The translations under genes and the position numbers were made by a program. Shown here in pieces: positions 37,251-48,993 of a DNA stretch of 64,000 nt (its first letter is position 1; every line of letters begins with the position of its first letter). The notes under the pieces were generated by a model that was not told the DNA's origin, did no database searches, and was given only the letters and a program-made list of their open reading frames with translations. The DNA comes from Marsupella aquatica (lineage: Eukaryota; Plantae; Marchantiophyta): contig OZ316899.1 of assembly GCA_973895155.1 (NCBI GenBank), positions 5,893,241 through 5,957,240 on the forward strand, given 5' to 3'.

Positions 37251-38913
37251 AATGCGCACACCAACTTGGTTTGCATCAGCCTTATGGGCAAACTATTTGT
37301 TACCTTACAATATTTTTCATACCTACAATGGTCTATTTGTGTTGGAACATTTACTTAGGTCACGCAGACTTGACTATTTTTATGGGGAGGTGCAAGTCAC
37401 AAAACTTGACTACCTTAACACTTAGCTCCGGCGTCGGTGACTTCGACATCAAGCTCCCCTATGGTTCAAGTCCAAAATGGCCATCTGGGGAGGACTTAGC
37501 ATGGGGAGACTTGTGTGCAATGGGGCGTGGCATTGGCAAAGGCAAGGCGCTAAGTTGGTGACACACACTATTAGTAAGGACTTAAAGACTAGCTGAGGGT
37601 TGGTCGGGTAATGGGAAAGGGCCGGACTCAGGGTTGACCGTCCCAACCCCCAAACAAACTTGAGTTTTGAGGGATTGAGTGAGAGCTCCTCTTGGGCCCA
37701 AGGCTATTGGAGTTTACTTCATGCACAACGGACGCTTGGGGCACGAGTTACGACCTGACCCAGGTTCGGCCCCTCGGGGGCCCCAATCATCGACGGTTTT
37801 TGAAGGGCTAGGCATGAGCACTGGGTCGGCCCAATCACAACAAGCTAAGGTTTAGGGTTTAGGGTTTATGCCTACAGACCCCTAACTAGAAAGTTATGGG
37901 CATAGCCAATTGGTGGCATGCCCAGACATGCGGGTTGGGGTCCAGGTGGGGGTCCAAAATTTGGGTACCAAAGTAGGTCCGGGGGTGTCAGGTCTCTAGA
38001 AGCATATATGAGAGGAGTGGTGTCTCCCCTGGGGGCTAAGGGCGAGCCGAAGTTGTGAGCTGCAACAATCGCAACACTAAGGGAAAATGCCAAACAAAAA
38101 CGGCAATAACTTCCCAACGAAAAGTCCGTTGGAGGACTTCTTGCATGCGTTGGAAATATCTCAAGGATGACTACATCTCCCTGAGCTCAGATGGGTCTAG
38201 GGGTTCCATAGATCCTTGGGGTTTGCGGGGGCTATCTCGCCCACTTGCCAAATCCTGTCGAAACAACAGCCAAGTCGCATTCAGTCTCCCAAGGGAACTT
38301 GCATTGGGGAGGCAAGGCCTAGTAGGCATGGAGGTTGAGTTCCAACTACACTTGGACCCTAGGCTATCAATGGGGTAAGAACTGGGAGTGGGTTGTTAGA
38401 GTCGGGACTATTCTGGTCCTGACGTGTTGGGACAAGCTTGGCATTAGCTTTAGGACAAGCTATTTGGGCCATAAGCATATCCTGGGGGCAGTGCGGTCAA
38501 TTGGTCAGTTGGTGATGGATAGGTACAAGGGGGAACCCGGGATGCACCCAAAGAGGGGCTGTTCTGGACGAACAGTGGGTGTCGGCTCTGGTTTTGGCTT
38601 ATGGCAACGGGAGGACCTATCACTGACCTCTTACCAATGTATGTTGAACTTGAGTTAGGATGCTAGACTTTGGAAGATCTAGATCCTGTTGGGTTACTTA
38701 CCGGGGTACTCAATTGCTTGTGTAGACAGTAAGGACCGTTGAGTGACAGTCGTGTTAGGGGGCAAGTGCGGCTTCGTACGGGAGTGGTCGCCGGGGGTGC
38801 AAAGGGCACCAAGTTGCTTTCTAAGGGAGTTTCGTGGAGGCATTTGGGCACCAAGGGCACTTAGGCATGGGTGCTGGGATTGGTGAGGGCGTTGGGTGAC
38901 AAGGTCCACCACT
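37251..38913 (+). mobile_element. Chromovirus copy C: 3' UTR, PPT and 3' LTR (37395-38913)
   Basis: Matches the reverse complement of 56329-56470; purine tract GGGGAGG then AGTCAC start; ends CCACCACT. Confidence 0.88.
37851..37867 (+). repeat. Telomere repeat TTTAGGGTTTAGGGTTT inside an LTR
   Basis: Replaces CACTCCGCTTGCGG, which other LTR copies have at this position (e.g. 54189-54202). Confidence 0.88.
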
Positions 38914-39232
38914 TGCAAGCTGTGCACGGGGTGCCAACAGCGGATAGTGGTTTTGAGCCTGGGTTGAAGGCCCTATCATTGGAGGCGAACAACACGAAGG
39001 CTTAGAAGTCCTTAAGCCCGGGTCGGTCGGAGCTATCGACATAAGGTACCTTCCGGCGACTGAACAGAAAGAATACCTGTGATAAGTGTGTACATAAAGT
39101 TAGGCGCTCTTAGCACTAGTTTGTACTAATAATTATGGATTGCACATCCCTCCTTGCCTGAACCCTCAATACTAATGAAGTTTATGTCATCATAAGCTGA
39201 ATCCGTGTAAGGACTAATCTTTTGGTGTGACA
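38914..39232 (+). repeat. 3'-terminal fragment of a fourth giant-LTR copy
   Basis: GAAGGCTTAGAAGTCCTTAAGCC and neighbouring blocks match 8750-9057; ends TGTGACA. Confidence 0.8.
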
Positions 39233-40228
39233 CAACCTTTGATTCCATTGGAGACATCTCGGAAGTTCTAAGAATTACAGGGTTGGCCCATCCCCCTCTC
39301 GAGTTTTAAATCCCGATGACCTAGCTTGAATCAGGTGGGAGGCTCAAATGTGGGTTTGTTTACACATATAAAATATGCATACTATCAGGGCCTCTTTCCT
39401 TCAGAAAAATGGGAGTAGGTTGGATCATCGGGACCCAAGGGTCATCCAGGCCCATTTTTGAAGGGAGATTGCAGCACCCAGCCAGCAAGGTCATCAGGGT
39501 TGGGATCCTGGTTGGGATTAGAAGTTGCGAGGGGGAGGGGCCAGCCGTGGTTGGTGCAAGGCTTGTACAACAAATGGGGAAAGTGCTAGCCAAGTGAAGG
39601 TAAGCTTGGCCAGGGTAAGGCGGAGCCAATAGCATCTCATCACGTCTTAATCCACCAATGAGAATTTCCCTGGGTTAACTAAAACAGCTACTATAACCCA
39701 TATATACAATATGGGGGCAACCTAGTAAGTAAAATAATTTTGGGGGTAAGTTAATACTTTAGTTCAGTTTGGGGAAGAGGATAGTAAAATGGTATTAGTG
39801 TGATTTAGTCATTTCCATTTCTGAACAAACAACAGGTTCTAGCCTCCTATAGATAGACATTAAGTGTCCTCCTATTCTATCGCAAAGCATCTGAATTTGG
39901 CATTCACCAATTTGTACAGAAATGTTACTTCTTTGAGACATGAGATTGAGAACAGAATCACTCTTCCTTTTCTGGCCTTGCCTTCAGCTCCATTTGTCTC
40001 TCCGCTCCGCATAAATCTTCTTCCAACAAGCCAAATACACCAGTTTGCAAAAGAGACTTCAAGTACGGTGCTAGCATGCAAGCAAAACAAATTCAAGCAA
40101 AACAAATTCAACAACACCTTAGGCTACCCACATGTGATAGGCTTCCAGGAAGTGCACATGAAAGGGCAAGCGGATTTGTGTAACTATCATTGTTTGACAT
40201 TCTACTTTGTATGTGCAATTACCGAGAG

Positions 40229-40704
40229 GCACAAATGTAGGCAGGACAGTAGCTTATTGTACAATGTTGGCAACCATTCGAGCACAAATGTAGGCAGGAC
40301 AGTAGCTTATTGTACAATGTTGGCAACCATTCGAACACAAATGTAGGCAGGACAGTAGCTTATTGTACCATGTTGGCAACCACTCGAGCCATTGTTGTGC
40401 GGCTCGCGTGCGTCCATAGGAGAGGATGGTATACTGCAGCAGGGTGCAGAATGCCAAACGAAATTGGAAACCCACTCCGAGAAGATTCTTCCCGCTCGTG
40501 CTAAGGAACAATCGCAACCTCCAGTATGAAGCAGGAGTCGAACCATGCCATTGTTGTGTGGCTCATGTGCGACCATAGGAGAGGATGGTGAACTGTAGCA
40601 GCGGGCAGAATGCCAAACAAAATCGGAAACCCACTCTGAGAAAATTCTTCCCACACGTGCTACCAAGCAATTCTACCACCCCCAGTATGAAGCAGGAATC
40701 GAAC
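40229..40704. repeat. Tandem repeats: 53-bp x3 (40229-40387) followed by ~159-bp x2
   Basis: GCACAAATGTAGGCAGGACAGTAGCTTATTGTAC units, then a GCCATTGTTGTG...AGTCGAAC duplication. Confidence 0.88.
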
Positions 40705-41829
40705 TGCTTAGTTCTTCATGATCACCCGAGGCACTGTCTGGCATCTGTAGTAGATGTAGGACAGCAGATCAAAACACTTCATTAACAACTTTGAACCAAA
40801 GCCCGGTGGCAAGTTGAAGGCTATGCAATGGGAGTCTAAAATGATTTAATGTCCAAGAATTTGGCCAGGAACTTCAAGACTTACGCAGCAGCATTTGTTG
40901 TGCGTACACTTTAGGAAACGAATGAGACTGGATCGGTTAGGACTAGGATTCTTTACTGTCCAAGAATTTGGTCAGGAACTGCAAGACTTAACACAGCAGC
41001 ATTATTGTGCATACACTTAAGGAAATGAACATGCTTATGCGAAACGTTCCTACTAGGTAGGCAAAGCACAAAATGATTACCACCAGAAAATAGGTCAACC
41101 AATCTCCCACATTCAACACTGGCAAATTGATTCATGGAAACTAATGAATGATGACGACAAGACACCCACTTTTCTTTATTTACACATATGGGCGCGGGCA
41201 CTCATCCCATCCAATGTTCCAGACACAAACCTGAGATCAATCACATCAGATCTCATTTAAATCCCTTCCAAAAAAAGATACTAAGACATATAGATGAGAA
41301 CTGCACATCACGTTCCTGGGGCCAAGTACGGCAGGTCCCAATCCTCCATGAAGATTCCCGGTAACGCCAAGGATTGGAGTGCGAACTAAGTGCTTTGCAT
41401 CTCCAAGACAGGCAATATGCGAAATCCCTCAATCCTTGCAGATGCTGTTCAATCTTTGTCGATGCGGCTCGCAGCAATTTATACCACGACCGATTCTCGC
41501 AGAACTCAAAAGTATTGTTTCAAGTACCGACAAATACGGATGCCAGAGACCAAACTCTCGACGAATGAGCAACTTGGAAGTGAGAGTTAAAAATGAGGCA
41601 ATAAACAGGCACCAACACGACAAGGAAGAATCTGTTGCGTGTTCTAACCTCTTGGGACTCCAGAATGTCTGATTGCTGATCCACTATCGAGGGGAGGAGC
41701 GCGAATCGGAAGCGCTGATGCAAATGATTCCATATCTATAGCACTTGCAAATTATTGACCATTAGCTGTTCCCGCTGCAATGACTTTCTCCCCTTCCTGC
41801 CCAGCAGCGGACTTTTTGCGAGTGAACTT

Positions 41830-43854
41830 TCAAAAATCTGACGAATCATCCGACGAAACACTGAGGGTCGAAACACGCGATTTAACGGCACCCGCGCAAC
41901 TATCCTCTGCTCTATCCGCATCACCGGCAGTGGACCATGGGCCATTCACAACGGCTGCACAAGCGGACGTGTCTTGGGTTTCCAACAATTCAATCGCACT
42001 GGAGGCGACTTGTACCAAGGCGGCGACACCTGACGTATTTGAGTTTCCCGTATCCCTACCCCGAGTAGACTCTCGCTCTTCTTCCTCAGAGAGCCGCGGG
42101 TACAGAAGTGAAATAGCCCCTTTGATGATAGTCGTTGCTGACTCTTCAAGGTCCTCTTTGAGACGAACATCTGTTCTATCCTGCACCGTAGACAAATGTT
42201 TCGCAGGCGCTTGCGAAAGATCGGTGGCAGAAAGCACCCGATCTTGGTTGTCCTCGAGCCCAAATACAACCGCCGTCGCTCCATTCATGCAATCATTCGA
42301 CGGAGCACTTGTTGCACCTCGAAGAAGCATGTTTTCGGAATCCTGCCCGACTAGGGTTATCGTGCTCGAGTCCACAGGTTCTGATTTGAGGGCAACAATC
42401 TCATTACCTGAAGCCACCGTGTCGTGCTGTTGTGAAACCTTGATGCGACTGCGCTCACCAGACGGCTTCGACTCGAGCTTCACGCCTCGATAGTCGATAA
42501 GCTTGAGTTCCTTTAATAGAAGAGAACGGGGTCTTGTCTGTTGCTGCTTCATCTGCAAGCGAGGCTCACTTTCTGTAGGTAAACCCAGACGCGGCCACGA
42601 GACGACGGCATGAGATGCATTGACAATCACTGCCGGCTTCGTCGAGGCTTTCCTCCGTAGGGGGGTTAGGCCACTGCAAATTCTGGGAGAACTGTTGATT
42701 GCGCGATGCAGTTGACGTGCGAGTTCCTCATCGTCGATAGACGATAATTTAGTAACAGAAGAGATTCCGAAGCCTTCGGTCCTCACCTCGGTCTCCACCG
42801 GCCTTTCTTTCCTAAGTTGGCATTCGGTACCATTGCCTTTAACATCACCGACAGCAGTGCGTTCTGAAGAAAGGGAGTTTCGGCGCATTTCATCCCGAAC
42901 CTGAGCCTCAACTCTTGCAGCGAGTGCAGCGGCATCCAAAGCCGCTCTAGCAATTGCTGCTGCTCTAACAGCAGCAGCAGCCTTCGCGGCAGCAGACGCC
43001 TTGGCAGCGGCGGCCGCCCTACCAGCGAGGGCAGCTGCGGATGCAGCAGCGGCGGCTGCGGCTTCTTTCGAACTCGAATTCTTGCGTCCCAACAAGACTG
43101 TCGTACTGTTAGAAATTTCTTCAAATTGACCAACGTCATCCCCTTCCACACCACTCGACTTGCTCCGAGACTCTCGCGAAATTCTGAGTTTCTTATTATA
43201 TGGGTTTGAGCAGTCGGCCGCGGCAGGTGCCGCACAATTTTCTGCTTCGGTCTTGGAGGCCAAGTCCGGACCCACTGGTGGCGCTCCAGTGCTCAGAAGA
43301 GCATTCGCATGTTCCTCAACCCTAGTTACATCGACACAGTCTAAACAAACGTATGGGACCCCTTGAGCAAGGATTCTTTGCTCGCAGTCCACATGCAAGA
43401 CACGGTGGCATCGGCGACATTCCAACCAGCCTTCCGGGTCTTTCACACCAGGATAAACTCCTTCGCAGCGACAGCAATTCAAATTCTTATGAAAGGAAAA
43501 GTTGCAGAAATCGCAGAGGCGCTGAACCACGCCATTGCGTTTCTCTTTCCTCCACACACCGCTCTCCGGCGCTCCACAACTCATGCAATCTTTCGTCTCC
43601 ACGGTGAGACTTTCTCGGTTAGAACTTCGTATATCAGACCCTGTCCCAGCTCCAACTAGGCCTCCTCCGTCTATTCTTTGGAGAGACGTGTGGCCAGTTG
43701 GTGACCCTGGGCTGGATGACGCTAGCCATGATCCATTTTGCTTCAACCCAGCTAGCAACCTCTTTCTTGGTGGTAGGGAACCTCCGACCATCCGTGCCCC
43801 TGTTCCCTCCCCTCCATCGATAGCTCCACTTACCATTGCCTCGCCTTCCGCCAT
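41830..43854 (-). CDS. Host nuclear protein (674 aa) with a GATA-like zinc finger, a PHD finger, an Ala-rich helix and LPPRKRLLAGLK / DEELARQLHRAINSSPRI motifs
   Basis: Uninterrupted ATG-to-TGA ORF. CMSC-x20-CDFC with WR, then CCRC..CRRC..HVDC..CLDC. The two short motifs are ones I recall from plant PHD-finger-like proteins; orthology not verified. Confidence 0.85.
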   Translation of the reverse strand: MAEGEAMVSGAIDGGEGTGARMVGGSLPPRKRLLAGLKQNGSWLASSSPGSPTGHTSLQRIDGGGLVGAGTGSDIRSSNRESLTVETKDCMSCGAPESGVWRKEKRNGVVQRLCDFCNFSFHKNLNCCRCEGVYPGVKDPEGWLECRRCHRVLHVDCEQRILAQGVPYVCLDCVDVTRVEEHANALLSTGAPPVGPDLASKTEAENCAAPAAADCSNPYNKKLRISRESRSKSSGVEGDDVGQFEEISNSTTVLLGRKNSSSKEAAAAAAASAAALAGRAAAAAKASAAAKAAAAVRAAAIARAALDAAALAARVEAQVRDEMRRNSLSSERTAVGDVKGNGTECQLRKERPVETEVRTEGFGISSVTKLSSIDDEELARQLHRAINSSPRICSGLTPLRRKASTKPAVIVNASHAVVSWPRLGLPTESEPRLQMKQQQTRPRSLLLKELKLIDYRGVKLESKPSGERSRIKVSQQHDTVASGNEIVALKSEPVDSSTITLVGQDSENMLLRGATSAPSNDCMNGATAVVFGLEDNQDRVLSATDLSQAPAKHLSTVQDRTDVRLKEDLEESATTIIKGAISLLYPRLSEEEERESTRGRDTGNSNTSGVAALVQVASSAIELLETQDTSACAAVVNGPWSTAGDADRAEDSCAGAVKSRVSTLSVSSDDSSDF

Positions 43855-45280
43855 TGGCGTTCAACTTCGTCGTATTCCTCAATCTGCCATCTCCGATTTC
43901 AATTCACAGAGCGTGCAGTTTGAACCTCACCTCTCTCAGATGAACATGGCATAAATATCGACTGATGAACTTGCCGCATCTTCGAACGCGTATACCTCAG
44001 TGAGGTACGTGCTAATTGCTTGCACGATCACATTACCGATGATTTTTCCTTTGGAGTAGCGTATGGAACTACTCGGAAACAACCCACGTAGAGCTTGAGC
44101 GTATCGTCTCGAACATCGTTCTAAATGAGGTATATGCTTGATATACCCGTGGCAGGGACAACTTGTCCCGGTGGGCCCCACGAAGCTTTTTCTGCAAACT
44201 AGACTAGAAAAGCTTATCATCATCATACTAATTAGAGCTATTCCCACCTACACTAGTTGCTCTTTACTATGTGCTTCTTGTGCTATTGTGTCCATTTGAC
44301 ACAACTTTGACAGCAAATGTCCCATTCTCCTTCCGGTTTCTCATCTGGAGCCCATGAAATCTTTTCTCATCTGGAGCCCATGAAGCCTTGCGGCCCCATC
44401 TCCTCCCAGTAATTGTGATCTTCAAAGTCACTGCGCTGGTGTGCTTCTTATGCTTTCCCTCTCGCTACTTTGATTTTGTTTTCCACCGCTGTAATGTCCC
44501 AACTGACTTGTTGGATCTTATCCGCATTGAGGGCCTCCGTGCTGTCCCTACGTACTCAGTACTCCATTGGTAAGCATGATGAGATGAGGTCTCTACTCTC
44601 TACCAGGAGGTCGTTTTTTTTTAAAATTTGAGGTAAATCTTTCCTATGTCTCTTGGAAATTTTCTCTCAATCCATGGCTTTCTCTATGCTGATCATTTCT
44701 GCGTCTACAATATTAATAGGGGAAAAGTTTGGTTCAATTCACAGTCCATCTGCTTATCCCCATGGTGGTAATTGTTGCGTCTGCAGGGTCATGAAAATAT
44801 TCTCTTGGTTTTCATGTTTGGCTGTCAGCTTTGAGCTCTTGCAATTTTTGTTTGCTCCAGTCATTCCTTCTCAATCATTTGTGTTCTTGTCATGGGTCCT
44901 AGGGGACATTAATCTTAGAGTACAAAGATCCCCTCAATTATATGTTTTCCTTTCATTTGTGGATCCCATTGGGCATTTATTTAACTCTACAAAGAGAGCC
45001 CCAAATTTTTATTCCATATAAACAATAAGGTAACCATCATTACTCACAATAACTATAGATTTCATAGATCTTCTAGCTTTTGTTCAAAAAGGCACATCCA
45101 AGCTATTGTCCAATGATGATCAACCTAGAGGGAATTATCTTTCTAGAATTGATTCCAGTGAGATCAGTCTCTCAATGTCCGGCTACCATCTCCATCTACT
45201 AAGTAAGAGGCCATTGCTTTTGTAGCTTCTGCCTGTCAACAACTGTCAGACCTAGTGTCTTGGTCAGCATGGCTCATCAC

Positions 45281-47069
45281 TCAACCTGAGATCCAAGTCC
45301 TAGCTCTACGGGTAAACAATCTCAGTCTCTCTGTTTCCAGCAACGCTTTAGCACTGAGAATCCAAGTTCGTTTCTTATTTGAGGTAGACGCAGCTACCAT
45401 TGCCGCCATATGATCCAGAGTTTCCGCAACCACCAAGTGTTGGTCAAAAACTCTTCTCTTGTTCTGGTCAAAGGTATGACCATTCCTAGCCTGACATATA
45501 TTCCATAGAGTCTGATAGAGCATAAAACTGCGTAAAGTACAGATAGGATTCTTTCCCTTGGAAGATAGCAACAATCCAACAAAACTCAGATAGTTTCTTA
45601 TAATATCACCATTCAGCCAACTCTGCGCTTCTCTTTAGCATCCTCGAGCATGCCTACAAAAAAATATGCGGTAGTGTTTCCACTACCCCAACACAAAGAG
45701 AACAAGAGCCATCCGATTTTGCAAGTCTCAGAGCCCTTGAGCCAGAGAACAGGCCTTGAGCAAGAATCCTCCACATAAAAGTTCTGGCTCGCAAGGAAAC
45801 ATCCTGCCAGACCTCCTGCCACACCTGTTCTGATAGAGCCTCATTCCAGATCCATTTCATTCGGACATAATCTGAACCTTTAGGGCGGAGCAAATCATAA
45901 ATCCTGTCGTTAGGTAGACTGAAATGTTTAAGTTTAGTATCATGACCCAGCCATCTCCATTGCCTAGCTTGGGAGTCGAAGCCACTGCCTTGGAAGGCCG
46001 AGCAAAAAATTGAACTGATGAAAGAGGCGCACAGAGCTCTGCATTCTCCAGACACCCCCCTCATGTGACGGAGTTTCTCATCTAAGCCCAGCCAATTGTT
46101 TCCATTCTCCGACCATAGATCACTAACCTTCCTTGCCCCCAATTTGCCACAGATCCTTACCACTTCCACTGTATCCTCTTCCGGTAGATCATAGAAAGCT
46201 TTTGAGCAGCAAAGTAGATCTTCCACCCCCCAGTGTCCTGGAATAGCAGACCTCTCTGGATAAAAGATCAGATGTTCCCGTACCTGTTCCCATGCGCACC
46301 AAATCCCTCAAGTGTAGGTCAGCTTCCCAAAGGATCGAGGTGTGCTCAAAAGCAGCTTATCAGCCAAAGAGTAGTGATTCGTCTGCACAGTCCGGTAATT
46401 TCTCCACTTAGTGAGTCACAAGTTCTTTGCATACATCCTTGCCCACTCAGATTCCGGATGGTCAAGTGCTTCAGTAAACCATTTGCTCAACAACGCATCC
46501 GAGTGACTGCAAAAATCTTTCAGTCCCAGTCCTCCTTTGGCCTCAGGCCAAGTCAATTTCTCCCAAGCCACAAGGGGGACCCGCTGCCCTCCCAGCTTGT
46601 TAATGCCCCATAGAAAGGCCCGGCTCAAAGCAATCAGTTTCTTAGCCAAAGCATCAGAGGATTGTAAAACCATCATGTGGTAAACAGGGATGGCCTGTAA
46701 AACATGCTTGATCAACAAAACCCTCCCAGTGAAAGACAAAAATTTAGTAGACCATGTAGACAATCGTGCACTGATACGGTCAAGACAAAATTCATGCAAT
46801 TGTGATTCCAATAAGCCATCTCCAAACGGAGCCCCTAAGTATTTATGTACTGAACCATAAGGACTGATCAGACAACCAGCCTCCACAAGCCAACTTGGTG
46901 TCACCTCAACTGCAAGAGGAATAACAATTGATTTATGAAAATTGAGTTTCACCCCATTAGCGCATTCATAGCATCCAATGGAGACTCTGGCCTGCTCAAA
47001 GGCCACCCTTGTGGCCGGGATAAAAAGTCCCAGGTCATGTGCAAATAGTCTGAAGGAAATAATCAGCAA
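45281..47069 (-). mobile_element. 5'-truncated L1-clade LINE (RT C-terminus and zf-RVT), degraded
   Basis: LFAHD (degenerate FADD), KLNFHKS, KYLGAPF, LSFTGRVLLIKHVLQAIPVY, FLWG..VAWEKL...KGGLGL, CSLC...ETLPHIF. Confidence 0.9.
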
Positions 47070-48993
47070 GGGAGAGATCTCCTCACGGGATTAACTAAGT
47101 GTATAATTTGGGGTACCACATGCGATCATAGTCTAGTATAAATAGACCTTTTATAAAAAAAATATTCAAAAAATATTCTCCATTTTCAATATTAATAACA
47201 TATTTTACTTTATAAAAGATATATATTAGCAAATATTCTATAAACATCTACACACTATAATATGTGATCCCGCTTCTTTTCGAGATTTGTCTGCTTATGA
47301 ATTCAAAAATGGGCGGGACCAAATTGTGTCCATTGGATTGCAAGGCGTTTTTCTAGAGCCGTTCAATGAAAGAATAAGCCTCTCCCCAAATACCGTTTCA
47401 CACAGGGCAATTCGTCCTCCCTTGCCAGGCTTTGGTACAACCACGTACATTTCCTCACTGGCGTTGCCACATCATCTTTGCTTGCAACACTTTGGTCCAG
47501 GCGTTCTAATGCGTTGGCTGGTTCAGGGCTCCTCGGCCGTGCTTGCTCATCTCCTTTCATTTTGTGCCACATCATCCTTGCATGAAACACCTTGGTCCAG
47601 GCGTCTTGCCTGACAACCAGCTCACGCAAGAGATTGGGGCGGTTGCGAGGCGAGGAGGGAGTCGAGCAACAGCAGGAGGGAAGCAAGTGGCAGCCCTCTT
47701 GAGGCAGGAGGGCAGGAGCTGTGGAGTCAGGGTGTCGAGTGGCAGCCCTCGAGAGGCAGGAGGGCAGGAGTACTTGATGGTAGACTGGGAGGGAGGGAGG
47801 CCGCATGTCAGGAGGGAGACCGTGCATCAGGAGGGAGGCGAGGGGCCATCAGGAGGCGCAAGGCCATCAAGAGGGAGGTGAGGAGGCGGCCAGGGGCAAG
47901 GCAGCCCTTGCGAGGCAAAAAGGAGGCAAGGGGGTGAGGTGGCAAGGGTTGAGGCAGCCCTCGCAAGGCAGGAGGGGGAGCGCACGTCAGGAGGGGGAGT
48001 TGAGGCAGAAGGGAGGCATGCGTCAGGAGGGAGGGATGGCAAGGCACCAGGTGGTGAGGGGGCTGCCCAGGAGTACACTCGCCCATCAAGGCGAGTACTT
48101 GCTTTCTCCCTATGCGAGAAAGTACCCACCATGATGGGCGAGTACTCCAATGGGCCCTAGAGCGAGGGAGGCCAGGGAGGGGAGGAGGGCGCTTGCGGTG
48201 GGAGGCGAGGGAGGCAGCGACCGAGATTGGAAGGGTGTTAGAAGGGTGCACCCGCTTTGGCCATGCGTGGAAGACGGGCTTGAATGGGCGTCAGAATGGC
48301 TTTGGCCATGCGTGAAGTAAGGAGCACGGAGGGCACTGGGCGTCGAGGGATTTCCATCTCCGGTCGACGCCCTCCTGGGGACTTGACGTTCATCTCGGGC
48401 CTGACGCACATTCCCTGACATGCTCATGCCCAAAAGTGCCAATCCCATCTCCGGTCGACGCCCTCCTAGGGACTCGACGTTCATCTCGGGCCTGATGCAC
48501 ATTTTCCCTGACATGCTCATGCCCAAAAGTGCCGACGCGGCCCGACTCACACTCCTAAGTCCAGGCACGGTGCACAGCATTCATTGAAGTAAGTCGCTTG
48601 CGTTGCAACCATGCCCAATTTTCCTTGTCTGTCTTGGTTGGAGGCCAAAAATACATGGCAAAAGTGGTTCGAGGGTGGTAGCACCCCATAAGCATATATA
48701 AGGGGACCTAAGCTTTTGGAAGTGAGCAAGAAACCGCCAGTGAATGGGATACGGCCAGTGAATGGGATACGGCTAGAGCATTGGAAACAAAGCTAAACGG
48801 CCAGTGCCAAAGCATGGGAAACAAAGGGAAATGGCCAGTGCAAGGGATGGAAGATGGGTGCCGGCCAAAAAAAATGGGTTTTGCCAATGATAGGAATTTT
48901 TTGGGAACTACTTCTAATTTTTGTGTTGCCATGGGATGTGGACCCTGTGGGAAATTTTGGGGACCCCTTTAAATGGGAGACACTTGGGGAGAA

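Noticed and set aside
40229-40387. 53-bp repeats as a CRISPR array
   Set aside because: Head-to-tail tandem copies without spacers.
47543-48315. Overlapping Gly/Arg/Pro-rich ORFs
   Set aside because: They arise from purine-rich low-complexity sequence; no domain motifs.
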